From Myxococcota bacterium (GTDB taxonomy: Bacteria > Myxococcota_A > UBA9160 > SZUA-336), in contig CBDFGR010000003.1 of assembly GCA_965247115.1 (NCBI GenBank), positions 2,208,001 through 2,272,000 of the forward strand: a stretch of DNA of 64,000 bases. Reading direction: 5' to 3'. Shown here in pieces: positions 18,978 through 27,926 of the stretch. Each line of letters opens with the position of its first letter. Position 1 is the first letter of the stretch. The notes below the pieces were generated by a model. The model ran no database searches. It was given only the letters and a program-made list of their open reading frames with translations, and had not been told where the DNA came from. The position numbers and the translations under genes are program-made.

Positions 18978-19020
18978 TGTGCCTCCTCCGCCGAGCCTCA
19001 TTGTAAGGCACGCGGGAGCG

Positions 19021-19140
19021 CCCCATTGCGTCAGCGCGACCGCAAATTGGGGCCACCTTGCGCAGCCCCTTCCACGCCCCTGCGCACGCGTGGACCGTTC
19101 TGCCCCTCAGCGGATATCGCTTTTATTCACCACGACTTAG
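19021..19140 (+). promoter_or_regulatory. putative enhancer-binding-protein sites and IHF-like bend site upstream of sigma54 promoter
   Basis: Imperfect palindrome TTGCGTC-AGCGC-GACCGCAA (19026-19045), paired TGCGCA motifs (19059, 19081), AT-rich TTTTATTCACCACGACTTAG (19121-19140). Confidence 0.5.
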
Positions 19141-19174
19141 AGATCGCATGGAACCTGCGCGCGAGCCGCTTCCA

Positions 19175-19190
19175 TGGCACGTCAGTTGCT
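19175..19190 (+). promoter_or_regulatory. sigma54 (-24/-12) promoter
   Basis: TGGCACGTCAGTTGCT matches the consensus TGGCACG-N4-TTGCW exactly; predicted +1 near 19201. Confidence 0.8.
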
Positions 19191-19200
19191 CAGAGCCAGG

Positions 19201-19300
19201 GGCGTAGCTGCTGAGTGGTGGTCGCTCGGCGGCATGGGAGTGCCCGGGTCGGATACCCCTCCCCTCGCATGTGCGAGGATCCGGCCCGGGCTTTCCTGTC
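19201..19300 (+). ncRNA. candidate sigma54-dependent small RNA
   Basis: Stem 1: 19207-19217/19223-19233 (11 bp with G-U pairs). Stem 2: 19242-19254/19279-19291 (13 bp) with C-rich bulge ACCCCUCC and inner hairpin CCUCGCA/UGCGAGG, followed by UUUCCUGUCUCU. No credible downstream CDS on the + strand. Confidence 0.65.
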
Positions 19301-19449
19301 TCTAGGGCTCGGCTTTGGCCGTCCTGACCCCGAAGACCAAGCGGGCGAGCCGTGGGATTCATGACGCGAGCACACTTCGCTGGAAGGGCGGCGGCCGGTG
19401 GAAGAGCAAGAGCGCCAAAGCGCCTCGAGGCTCCGGCTGGACGGGCCCG

Positions 19450-20307
19450 CTAGCCTAGATGCTTGGCGAGAAACTCGGCCAGCGGATCGAACGAGGCGCG
19501 TGACGCCCGCACGGCGTCGTCGATGTAAAGGACCTCGATGTCGCCGCCCGCTTCCCGGTAGCGATGGGCGAAACGCTCGGGCTCCTTGACGCCGAGCTCG
19601 GACTCCGGATCGAGATAGTCGTGGACGGCGTCGGGCTGGCCCTGGATCCAGACCGCCGGTGGCGTCTCGACCGCCTCGCCCGACTCCAGCGCGACGACCG
19701 GATTGCCGTCGGTCATGTTCTCGTCGGTGACCCAGTAGAGGTCGTGGGACTCCGGGATGTCGCCGACCCATTCGGCCGGCGGTGACTTGGCCCGTTCCCT
19801 GAGCGCGTGGCGGTAGCGCGACAGCGGGTTGATCACCGGCCACAGCATGCCGACGCATTGGACGCGTGCGTCGACGTCGGGCTCGCTGGCCTCGAGAGCG
19901 ATGGAAGCGTACCGCGAATCCGCTGGCCGCATCGCCGCCAGCATGGCGAGGTGTCCGCCGCTCGACTGGCCGACCAGGGCGAACCGGTCCCGATCGAGCC
20001 CGAGATCGCCGGCATGTGCCTTGAGCCAGCGGACCGCGTAGTTGATGTCGATCAGCGAGGTCGGGTAGCCGTCGCCGGCATGGCGGAAGTCGAGCGCGGC
20101 AGCGGCGAAGCCTGCCTCGGCCAGCATCTCGCCGCGTGGATCGCATGCGGTGAGATCGTTCTTGCACCACGCGCCGCCGTGCAGATCGACGACCGTCGGA
20201 AGCGGACCCGCGCCGGTCGGCCGATGGAGCCGGAGCTTGAGTCCCGCATCGCCGTGACGCAGATATTCGATGTCCCCGGTCGTGAAGGTTTCGGTCTCGG
20301 TCAGCAT
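19450..20307 (-). CDS. alpha/beta hydrolase (esterase/lipase, HSL-like)
   Basis: LHGGAW oxyanion motif, GQSSGGH nucleophile elbow; GGAGGAAG SD. Confidence 0.85.
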   Translation of the reverse strand: MLTETETFTTGDIEYLRHGDAGLKLRLHRPTGAGPLPTVVDLHGGAWCKNDLTACDPRGEMLAEAGFAAAALDFRHAGDGYPTSLIDINYAVRWLKAHAGDLGLDRDRFALVGQSSGGHLAMLAAMRPADSRYASIALEASEPDVDARVQCVGMLWPVINPLSRYRHALRERAKSPPAEWVGDIPESHDLYWVTDENMTDGNPVVALESGEAVETPPAVWIQGQPDAVHDYLDPESELGVKEPERFAHRYREAGGDIEVLYIDDAVRASRASFDPLAEFLAKHLG

Positions 20308-20788
20308 TCGATCTTCCTCCCAGAAATCGCGCTCGCGCGGTACTGGAATACTATGAGGGCGGCGCGGGGCTGTCTATCGGCGGGCCGCGCCGGGTGACGC
20401 ACTTGTAAACTCCCTATCCCACGAGGTTCGGAAAGAGAACCGGCGCGCTCATCCCGCCGTGGGCGGTCGCCCAGGCCGAGCGGTGCGCACGTACTCGATC
20501 ATTGCGTCGCTCAGGCCTGCACCGCGTCGTGCGCTCGTGCTGAAGGCCCGGCCCTTCGCACGCGCGGCACCGAGCGGGAACGGGACCGACACCTCATACG
20601 CCTCGACGTCGCTCTCGTCGGGACGCTTCAGGCGCTCGAGCCAGTAGGCCGCAAGTTTCACGTGGACACGCTGCGAGACAAAACGGTGCGCGGACCGGCC
20701 ATCGGAGAGAAACTAACGCGCGACTTGACCCGCGCCCCTGCTCGTGTACAGGATACTGCGCAGCGACGGCTCCCAGAGAGGACTCCGC

Positions 20789-21340
20789 ATGTCGAGAGAG
20801 CTAGATAGCCTGGACAGACCGATCCCGCCGGCGTACATGGCGCATTTCGTCCTGCGCACCCGCGACCTCCAGAAGCTGAAGGCCTGGTACGAGAAGGTGC
20901 TCGGCGCGCGCGCCGTGTTCGAGAATCCGATCGCCGCGTTCATGACCTTCGACAGCGAGCACCACCGGCTCGCCATCATCCAGAACTCGGACTTCAAGCC
21001 TGCCGAGGAGCAGTCGGTCGGTGTCGACCACGTGGCCTATACGTTCTCCTCCCTGGACGACCTGCTCCACACGTACAAGCGGCTGTCGGCCGACTCCATC
21101 GTGCCGTACCGGTGCGTCAACCACGGCCCCACCACCTCCATTTACTACCGCGATCCCGACGGCAACGGGGTGGAGCTACAGGTCGACAACTCCGAGTCGA
21201 AAGAGGAGCTCCAGGCCTGGTTCCAGGGCTCGGTGTTCGAGAAGAACGGTTACGGTGTGACGTTCGACCCCGACAAGCTGCTCGGACGCTGGGAGAACGG
21301 CGACCCGATCGAGGAGCTCGTCCAGCAGGGCTCCGCCTAG
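20789..21340 (+). CDS. VOC/glyoxalase family protein (extradiol dioxygenase-related)
   Basis: AHFVLRT, DSEHHRLA, GVDHVAY, NHGPTTSIYYRDPDGN.VELQVD. Confidence 0.85.
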   Translation: MSRELDSLDRPIPPAYMAHFVLRTRDLQKLKAWYEKVLGARAVFENPIAAFMTFDSEHHRLAIIQNSDFKPAEEQSVGVDHVAYTFSSLDDLLHTYKRLSADSIVPYRCVNHGPTTSIYYRDPDGNGVELQVDNSESKEELQAWFQGSVFEKNGYGVTFDPDKLLGRWENGDPIEELVQQGSA

Positions 21341-21487
21341 GGGGCGCGCCTGGGAACAGCCGCTCTCGTCGTCACCGATCATCGAGTGGCTGCGCCAGGC
21401 CTCGTCCTGGCCCGTACGCAGGCGTGCCTTTCCGGGTGCGGCTGAACCGCTCTCTGACTAGGATGCGGGCTACGAAAACCAGGGGAG

Positions 21488-23038
21488 ATGGAGATGCGGA
21501 TTGGCGTGGATGTCGGCGGCACCAATACCGACGCGGTGCTGATGGACGGCGGCACCGTCGTGGCGTCGGTCAAATCGCCAACGACCGCAGACGTCGGCTC
21601 GGGCGTCGTAGCGGCGATCAAGAACGTCCTCGCCGGCTCCGGCGTCTCGCCAGGTGCCATCATCGGAGTGATGATCGGCACGACCCAGTTCACCAACGCG
21701 ATCGTCGAGCGCCGCAGGCTGGTGCCGGTCGGGATCATCCGCCTCGCCCTGCCGGCCACCGAGAGCCTCAATCCGTTGATCGACTGGCCGAAGGATTTGG
21801 TCGAGGTGATCGGCCGCAACGTCTACATGGCAAAGGGCGGCTATGAGGTCGACGGGCGCGAGATCTCGCCGCTGGACGAGCAGGAGATAGCCGGAATCGC
21901 CCGCGACATCCGCGCTATGGGGCTCCGCTCGATCGCGATCTCCTCAGTGTTCGCGCCGCTCAATAACGCGCAGGAGGAGCGCGCGAGCGAAATCATCCGC
22001 GCGGAATACCCCGACGTGCAGGTCACGCTCTCCAACGAGATCGGCCGGGTCGGGCTCATCGAGCGCGAGAACGCGGCGGTCATGAACGCCGCGCTGGTCG
22101 AGCTTTCCATCAAGGTCGTCGGCTCGTTCCGGGAGGCGTTAAAAGAGCTCTCGATCGAGGCGCCCCTCTTCATCAGCCAGAATGACGGCACGTTGATGAG
22201 CGCCGACTACGTCGAGCGTTATCCGGTGCTCACCTTCGCCTCGGGCCCGACGAACAGCATGCGTGGTGCGGCCTTCCTTTCGGATCACGAGGATGCGGTG
22301 GTGGTCGACATCGGCGGGACGACGACCGATGTCGGCGTGCTGGCCCGCGGCTTCCCTCGTGAATCAGCGGTCGCCGTCGATGTCGGTGGCGTGCGGACCA
22401 ACTTCCGCATGCCCGACGTCCTTGCCATCGGGCTCGGTGGTGGCAGCCTCGTGCGCGGCGAAGACCCGGTGACGGTGGGGCCGGAGTCGGTCGGCTTCGA
22501 GCTGACCAGCAAGGCGCTGGTCTTCGGCGGCGACACGCTGACCACCACCGACATTGCCGTGGCCGGCGGCCTCGCCGAGATCGGCGACGGTTCGGCTGTC
22601 AAGGTGCTCGGCGGCGCCAAGGTGACGCGCGCGCTCGACCGCATCCACGCGATGGTGGAGGACGCGATCGACCGGATGAAGACCAGCGCCGCGCCGGTGC
22701 CGGCGATCCTGGTCGGCGGCGGGGCAATCCTCGTCACCCGAGATCTCGCCGGCGTCTCCGCGCTCAACGTGCCGGAGCACTCCGCGGTCGCCAATGCAAT
22801 CGGGGCCGCGATCGCCCAGGTCGGCGGCGAGGTCGATCGGGTCTTCTCCTATGAAAGCGAGGGCCGCAATAGCGCGATCGATCAGGCTAACAAGGAAGCG
22901 ATCGCCAAGGCGATCGACGCGGGCGCCGAGGCCGAGAGCGTCGACATCATCGAGGTCGAGGAAATTCCCCTCGCCTATCTGCCGGGCGCCGCGTGCCGCG
23001 TCCGGGTCAAGGCGGTCGGTGATCTCGCGGGCGGCTAG
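21488..23038 (+). CDS. hydantoinase/oxoprolinase family protein
   Basis: IGVDVGGTNTDAV, SGPTNSMRGA, DIGGTTTDVG, GLGGGS, VANAIGAA. Confidence 0.9.
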   Translation: MEMRIGVDVGGTNTDAVLMDGGTVVASVKSPTTADVGSGVVAAIKNVLAGSGVSPGAIIGVMIGTTQFTNAIVERRRLVPVGIIRLALPATESLNPLIDWPKDLVEVIGRNVYMAKGGYEVDGREISPLDEQEIAGIARDIRAMGLRSIAISSVFAPLNNAQEERASEIIRAEYPDVQVTLSNEIGRVGLIERENAAVMNAALVELSIKVVGSFREALKELSIEAPLFISQNDGTLMSADYVERYPVLTFASGPTNSMRGAAFLSDHEDAVVVDIGGTTTDVGVLARGFPRESAVAVDVGGVRTNFRMPDVLAIGLGGGSLVRGEDPVTVGPESVGFELTSKALVFGGDTLTTTDIAVAGGLAEIGDGSAVKVLGGAKVTRALDRIHAMVEDAIDRMKTSAAPVPAILVGGGAILVTRDLAGVSALNVPEHSAVANAIGAAIAQVGGEVDRVFSYESEGRNSAIDQANKEAIAKAIDAGAEAESVDIIEVEEIPLAYLPGAACRVRVKAVGDLAGG

Positions 23039-23052
23039 GAAAGGAACGCACA

Positions 23053-24144
23053 ATGAAGATGCATCTCGACCTGCTGCCCGATTTTCTGCGCGGCACCGCG
23101 TTTCTCGGCACCGGCGGTGGCGGCGATCCCTATGTCGGCGGGCTGATCCTGCGCCAGAAGCTCGAGGAAGGCGCGGACATCACGATCATGGACCCGATGG
23201 ACCTCGACGATGACGCGTTCGTCGTCTCCGTCGCGACTATGGGCGCACCGACCGTGATGGTGGAGAAGATCCCGAGCGCGCGATCCATGGTGAACTGTCT
23301 CCGTTCGATGGAGCGCGAGAAGGGCCGTACGGCGGATGCGCTGATTGCCGCCGAGGCCGGCGGCATCAACGGCACGCTGCCGATGGTGATCGGTGCCCTG
23401 ACCGAGCTACCGGTGGTCGATGGCGACGGCATGGGCCGCGCCTTTCCCGAGCTACAGATGTGCACCTTCGGGGTCTATGGTGTGCCGGCTTCGCCGATCG
23501 TCCTGCGCGACGAGCACGACAATGAGGTCATCGTGCGCGCCCGCAGCAACCTCGAATCCGAATGGTTTGCTCGCGTGGTGTGCACGCGGATGGGCACCAA
23601 GTCAGAGATCGCTCTCTATGCCATGTCGGGCAAGGAGGCGAAGGGGACCGCGGTTCTTTATACGACGACGCTCGCGATGGAGATCGGGCGCTCGATCCGC
23701 GAGGCGCGCGAGACCCAAAGCGACCCCTTCGAGGGGCTCGCACGCTACTTCCAAACCTCGAAGGACAGGCGCTTCTGCAAGGTCTTGTTCGAGGGCAAGG
23801 TGGTCGATCTCCTGCGCGAGACGACGCGCGGTTGGGCCATCGGGCGGGTGATCTTCGAGGGCATCGGCGCCAGCAAGGGCCAGCTCGAGGTACGCTTCCA
23901 GAACGAGTTCCTGGTGGCACAGCAGGGCGATCGGATGCTCGCCATGGTGCCCGACCTGGTCTGTATCCTCGATCAAGAGAATGCGGAGCCGATCACGACC
24001 GAGGGCCTCAAATATGGCCAGCGTGTGCGTGTGGTCGGCGTCAGCGTGCCGCCGGTGATGAGGACCCCCGAGGCGATCGAGGTTTTCGGCCCGAAATATT
24101 TCGGCATTTCGGACGTCTACACACCGATCGAGGAACTCGTGTGA
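23053..24144 (+). CDS. DUF917 family protein
   Basis: LGTGGGGDP, EAGGING, DGDGMGRAFPELQM, FQNE, PDLV; usual partner of the upstream hydantoinase-like gene. Confidence 0.85.
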   Translation: MKMHLDLLPDFLRGTAFLGTGGGGDPYVGGLILRQKLEEGADITIMDPMDLDDDAFVVSVATMGAPTVMVEKIPSARSMVNCLRSMEREKGRTADALIAAEAGGINGTLPMVIGALTELPVVDGDGMGRAFPELQMCTFGVYGVPASPIVLRDEHDNEVIVRARSNLESEWFARVVCTRMGTKSEIALYAMSGKEAKGTAVLYTTTLAMEIGRSIREARETQSDPFEGLARYFQTSKDRRFCKVLFEGKVVDLLRETTRGWAIGRVIFEGIGASKGQLEVRFQNEFLVAQQGDRMLAMVPDLVCILDQENAEPITTEGLKYGQRVRVVGVSVPPVMRTPEAIEVFGPKYFGISDVYTPIEELV

Positions 24145-24275
24145 GCGAGGCGCCGGCGCCCTGGCGAGTTTCACCGGAGGCTGCAGGGCTCCACGCCGAC
24201 GCGTTGGTCAAAGCAGTGCCCCTCGAACGTCGTCTCGCTGCCATCCTCTTCACCGACATCGTCGCGTACACGGCC
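24141..24275 (+). pseudogene. chimeric gene fragments ending in the N-terminus of a class III adenylate/guanylate cyclase
   Basis: GTG coupled to the DUF917 stop gives MSEAPAPWRVSPEAAGLHADAL, then PLERRLAAILFTDIVAYT (cyclase start motif), then non-coding drift. Confidence 0.55.
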
Positions 24276-24394
24276 CCGAACGGTCGTCCAGCCAGGAGAC
24301 TTCAGAGCTTTTTATCCCCAGCGCGGTTCAACTCTCGTTCTTTCGGGGAGACTGGGATTTGCGCTCAGCAACAGGGTGGTGCAAGGGGACTCGG

Positions 24395-24552
24395 GTTGGC
24401 TGCCCTTCGTGCACGAGGTCCGCGCCCAGCTCGCCAGCGTCTGCGGCGACGAAGCGACCTACGAGCGCGAGCGCGCCGAGGCCGAGCGCCTCTGGACCGA
24501 GATGGGCGCGACCGGGCACGCGGAGCGAGTGGGGAGGGAGCTGGGGCTGTAG
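24395..24552 (+). pseudogene. C-terminal remnant of cyclase/AAA-ATPase/TPR-type protein
   Basis: GWLPFVHEVRAQLA..GDEATYERERAEAERLWTEMGATGHAERVGRELGL*; no start codon; paralogous remnant at 25542-25727. Confidence 0.55.
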
Positions 24553-24734
24553 CGCCTGAAGTCGGTGCCTCTCGACTGCGAGGGGGTCGGCGGGCACGCT
24601 CAAATCTCGCTTCGGCTCTCATATCCTCACGTCGCACCCTCTTCGCACACTTGGTGTTGCATCTAGTTGAGCCCGCTCCTGTTTCTGCAATCGCGGCAGC
24701 GTCGCACACGGTCGAACGACCACGGAGGGAGGGG

Positions 24735-25346
24735 CTAGCTGGCTTCGGAAATGGCCTCTTCCAGGCGCTGGGGGCTGAAGCCCTTCAAGATGGTGCCCTC
24801 GACGTCGATCACGGGGATCGAGCGCCCCCCGGAGACCTTGACGAGTTCCTCCTTGTACCGGGGCTCGTCGACGTTGCGCTCCTCGTACTGGTAGCCGTTC
24901 GACTCCAGGTAGCGCTTGGCCTTAACGCATGCGGGGCACCAGTCGGCGGAATAAATGACGATCTCGGGTCCGCGCTTGCGCTCGGCGACGCGCGCGGCGA
25001 GCCGCGTGGCCCTGGCCTCGATCGCGCGCTTCATGTCCTGCGGCGACATCGGCGGAGGTAGGGACATCTCGACGTGCCCGACGCGGTCACGCCACGCCTC
25101 CGGCACAAGCTCCAGGCTCGTCACGAAGCGCACGCGCCGTTGATCGTCGACGAACTGGTAGTACACCTGCGTGACGGTTCCCTCGTCGAGGGACTCGATG
25201 TCACTTCCCGCAGGCCTCTCCGCGGCGGGGGCGGCCGCGGCGATTTCGCTCGTCGACTCGGTCAGGATCTGAACGACGTCACAACCCCACAGCGCGACGG
25301 CGAGCGACAACCAAAGACACCGGGGCCAACGGAGTAGTACGCGCAT
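24735..25346 (-). CDS. glutaredoxin-domain protein with lipoprotein-like signal
   Basis: LAVALWGC lipobox-like; YYQFVDD domain; IYSADWCPAC...SIPVIDVEG..GFS. Confidence 0.8.
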   Translation of the reverse strand: MRVLLRWPRCLWLSLAVALWGCDVVQILTESTSEIAAAAPAAERPAGSDIESLDEGTVTQVYYQFVDDQRRVRFVTSLELVPEAWRDRVGHVEMSLPPPMSPQDMKRAIEARATRLAARVAERKRGPEIVIYSADWCPACVKAKRYLESNGYQYEERNVDEPRYKEELVKVSGGRSIPVIDVEGTILKGFSPQRLEEAISEAS

Positions 25347-25541
25347 CTCCCCGGCTTTTCGGCTGAGAAACGCGGCTTCGTGAGGTAGAGGCAAATCTCG
25401 GAGGCGCAGCGGAGGCGAGCCTGCGAGCTGGCTCGGACGCCGTCACGATCGCACAATGTCAGGGGGCGAGGCCCCATGAGTGCCAGGCACAGATCACACT
25501 GGCGCGGGCGTTTTTTTGGGAGCGAGAATACTGACAGCCCT

Positions 25542-25727
25542 GCGCTGGACCGCGCACGAGAGTTAGCAGAAGATATGGGTGCCAGGCCCTTCGAGGCTCA
25601 GATTCACGAGGTGTCCGCTGAACTCGCCGCGCTCCTGGCCGATGATGCGGGCCGAGATCGCGAACTCCGCGAAGCCCACCACCTCTACACCGAGATGGGC
25701 ACGCGGAGCGGGTGGGGAGGGAGCTGA
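25542..25727 (+). pseudogene. second C-terminal remnant of the same cyclase/ATPase/TPR family
   Basis: ALDRARELAEDMGARPFEAQIHE..RELREAHHLYTEMG; a 10-bp deletion relative to the 24395 copy shifts the frame. Confidence 0.55.
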
Positions 25728-25804
25728 AGAAGGCTAGCGCGTAGCTTCATAGACTACGCCGAAGTCATCTTCCAACGCGTGGGTGTGAACGTGCGTTCGC
25801 CTGG

Positions 25805-26620
25805 CTACGAGCTCGGAGCCCTCCTGCACCTGCGAATTAGCCTGCGCTCCACCTGGCTCGGGTCCTCGATGGTCTCGTAGAACTCGTCGAGGTAGTCCAC
25901 CATCTGGTTCGCGCGCCGGGAGTGGAGGCGCTCCTCGGCGCGGTAGAGCGCGTAGATGTCCTGCTTGCGCGCCCGAAAGGCCTGTAGCGTGCTCTCGAGC
26001 TGCGCCTTGGGTCCGCAGAACCCCCGGTACAAGCGCTGCCGCACGCTGAGGAGGTGCAGATTCGGGTCAGGAGTCGCGTACGGCGCGTCGACGGCTCCCG
26101 CCAGGTCGAAGTCGAAGGGAACCGAAACAACAGCGCCGTTGTCCCCACGCATCGGGGTGGTATTGTGGCAGCAGTCGTCGTCCATCCCGCGAATCGCGGA
26201 CCAGTCGGTGTTGCCCACCATGTACTGGAAGACCTCTAGGCGGTTCAGGTCGGCTTTGACCAGGTCGTCGAAGTCCACCTCGGGCTCTTCGATGGCGACG
26301 AAGCCGTTGCGCTCCGCCATGGTCTGCTTGTCTTCGATGAAGAACGCGTAGCGGGTGATGGGATCTCGCTTCTGCGCGGAGTCGACGTACGTGATCTCGA
26401 CCAGCCGCACGCGGTAGCTGCGATCGGTCAGCAGGTTGTACGCGCGGTACAGCAGATGCTCTCGCAGCACCAGCTGCTCGTATGATTTCCGGCAGTGAGT
26501 CACGAGCTTGAGCTTGTCCTGCTTCGCAAATACGGTTCCCTTGGCCTGCTTGGTCACGAAGTTGAGGCGCAGCGGCGGGAAGCTGCAGGTGCCGCGCTCG
26601 CGTCGGTTTGCCCGATGAGA
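25805..26620 (-). pseudogene. 5'-truncated CotH/kinase-like hypothetical protein
   Basis: CSFPPLRLNF, KLKLVTHC, REHLLYRAYN, FQYMVGNTDWS..HN..PFDFD. Upstream part of the ORF is non-coding-like and has no signal peptide or SD. Confidence 0.55.
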
Positions 26621-26735
26621 CGCGCGGGAGCAGTCAGATATTACTCGGGGCGAGGGGGCCAAGCCCGGGATCCGGAGAACGAAGTGCGAATGACGCTCGC
26701 CTGGCTGTCCCCCGCCGCGAAAGTGGCTGGGATGG

Positions 26736-26765
26736 AGTAAGAATTGGCGCCCCGGCCGCGTCTCA
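26736..26765 (+). promoter_or_regulatory. putative ECF sigma promoter (autoregulatory)
   Basis: AGTAAG-N16-GCGTCTCA; same motif and spacing recur at 27848-27877. Confidence 0.65.
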
Positions 26766-26874
26766 CCGGCATGGATGACGCGGTGCGTTTTCCGGCTTGG
26801 GCAGCGCAAGAAGTTGAGACTGGCTCGGCTGTGGCCCCGCTTCCCCCGACCCGAAGGCGTACTCTGGTTGCGGC

Positions 26875-27486
26875 ATGAGGGCGCGCACCAACGACCAATG
26901 GCTGCGGGATCTACGGGCTGAGGGGCCCCAGCAGGCAAGAGCGTTGGAGGACCTGCGCACCTACCTGCTCCGAGCTCTGCCAGCGTGTTTGAAACGCCAC
27001 GGCGCGGTGCCTGAGGATCTGGTGGAGGATGTCGTGCAGGAATCGCTGATCCTTACCCTCGACCGTATCGACAGCTTCGAGGGACGCAGCCAATTCACAA
27101 CATGGATGACCACGATCGCGGTCCGGGCGGCGCTGACCGAGCTCCGGCGGCGACACTGGAAGGATCTGTCCCTCGAGGAGCTCACCGCCGGTGGAGAGCT
27201 GGCGCCTCGAGAGTATGTGGACAGCGCCGCGGACCCAGAGACCGAAACCGCGCAGCTGGGCATCGTCCACGCCTTGCAAGAGATCCTCGAGACCGAACTG
27301 ACCGAGCGGCAGCGGACAGCTGTCGTCGCGAAGCTGCGCGGTATGCCGCAGGAGGAGGTCGGCCGGCGCCTCGGGATCAACCGGAACGCGGTGTACAAGC
27401 TCACGCACGACGCGAGGAAGAAACTGAAGCAAGGACTCGAGGCCGCGGGGTTCGGCGCTGCCGAGATCCGCGCGGCGTTCTCGTAG
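26875..27486 (+). CDS. ECF sigma-70 family RNA polymerase sigma factor
   Basis: EDVVQE...FEGRSQFTTW (region 2); LTERQR...EEVGRRLGINRNAVYKLTHDARKKL (region 4). Confidence 0.9.
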   Translation: MRARTNDQWLRDLRAEGPQQARALEDLRTYLLRALPACLKRHGAVPEDLVEDVVQESLILTLDRIDSFEGRSQFTTWMTTIAVRAALTELRRRHWKDLSLEELTAGGELAPREYVDSAADPETETAQLGIVHALQEILETELTERQRTAVVAKLRGMPQEEVGRRLGINRNAVYKLTHDARKKLKQGLEAAGFGAAEIRAAFS

Positions 27487-27496
27487 GAGCAGCGGC

Positions 27497-27745
27497 ATGT
27501 CCCTCGAAAAGCAACAGGTAGCGGCTCTTCTCTCCTCTGTGGCGGACACGCGCGAGGACGAGATCGGGTGTGACGAGTGTCTCGCAGGAATGGCGGAATT
27601 CGTAGAGAGAGAACTCGTTGGTGCCGAGATCCCCACCGCTCTCCGACGCATTCAGGCACACATTGCGTTCTGCCCCGAGTGCGCAGAGGAGTATGAACTC
27701 CTCCTCGACATGGTGGGCGCCACTTCTCCTGGCTCCTCCGACTAG
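27497..27745 (+). CDS. small zinc-finger anti-sigma factor (ZAS / zf-HC2)
   Basis: CDEC...HIAFCPEC (HxxxCxxC); AGGAG SD; directly follows the sigma gene. Confidence 0.8.
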   Translation: MSLEKQQVAALLSSVADTREDEIGCDECLAGMAEFVERELVGAEIPTALRRIQAHIAFCPECAEEYELLLDMVGATSPGSSD

Positions 27746-27847
27746 CTCCCAGCGCACTTTTTGGCGCCCCGCGCCACCGCCCGACTCCCTGTTACGGGAG
27801 CGGCTCTCTCCAGGCACCTCCCAATCAGGCCCCTCGTCTCCTTGGTC

Positions 27848-27877
27848 AGTAAGGTGCCGCGGGTTCAGCGCGTCTCA
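27848..27877 (+). promoter_or_regulatory. putative ECF sigma target promoter of PEGA gene
   Basis: AGTAAG-N16-GCGTCTCA, ~50 bp upstream of AAGGAG-ATG 27927. Confidence 0.65.
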
Positions 27878-27926
27878 TGGCAACCCCAATACGGCGCAGA
27901 GCGCCGAGTTCACAAGGAGAGACACG

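Noticed and set aside
20340..20450. Possible tRNA or riboswitch (GGTTCG, small hairpins) in the intergenic region
   Set aside because: No cloverleaf or recognisable aptamer consensus could be built
20449..20661. 70-aa - strand ORF (MKLAAYWLERL...)
   Set aside because: No recognisable motif or SD; may be a fragment but cannot be supported
23562..25061. 499-aa + strand ORF
   Set aside because: Off-frame read-through across DUF917, gene fragments and the antisense of the glutaredoxin gene; only the short cyclase motif looks real
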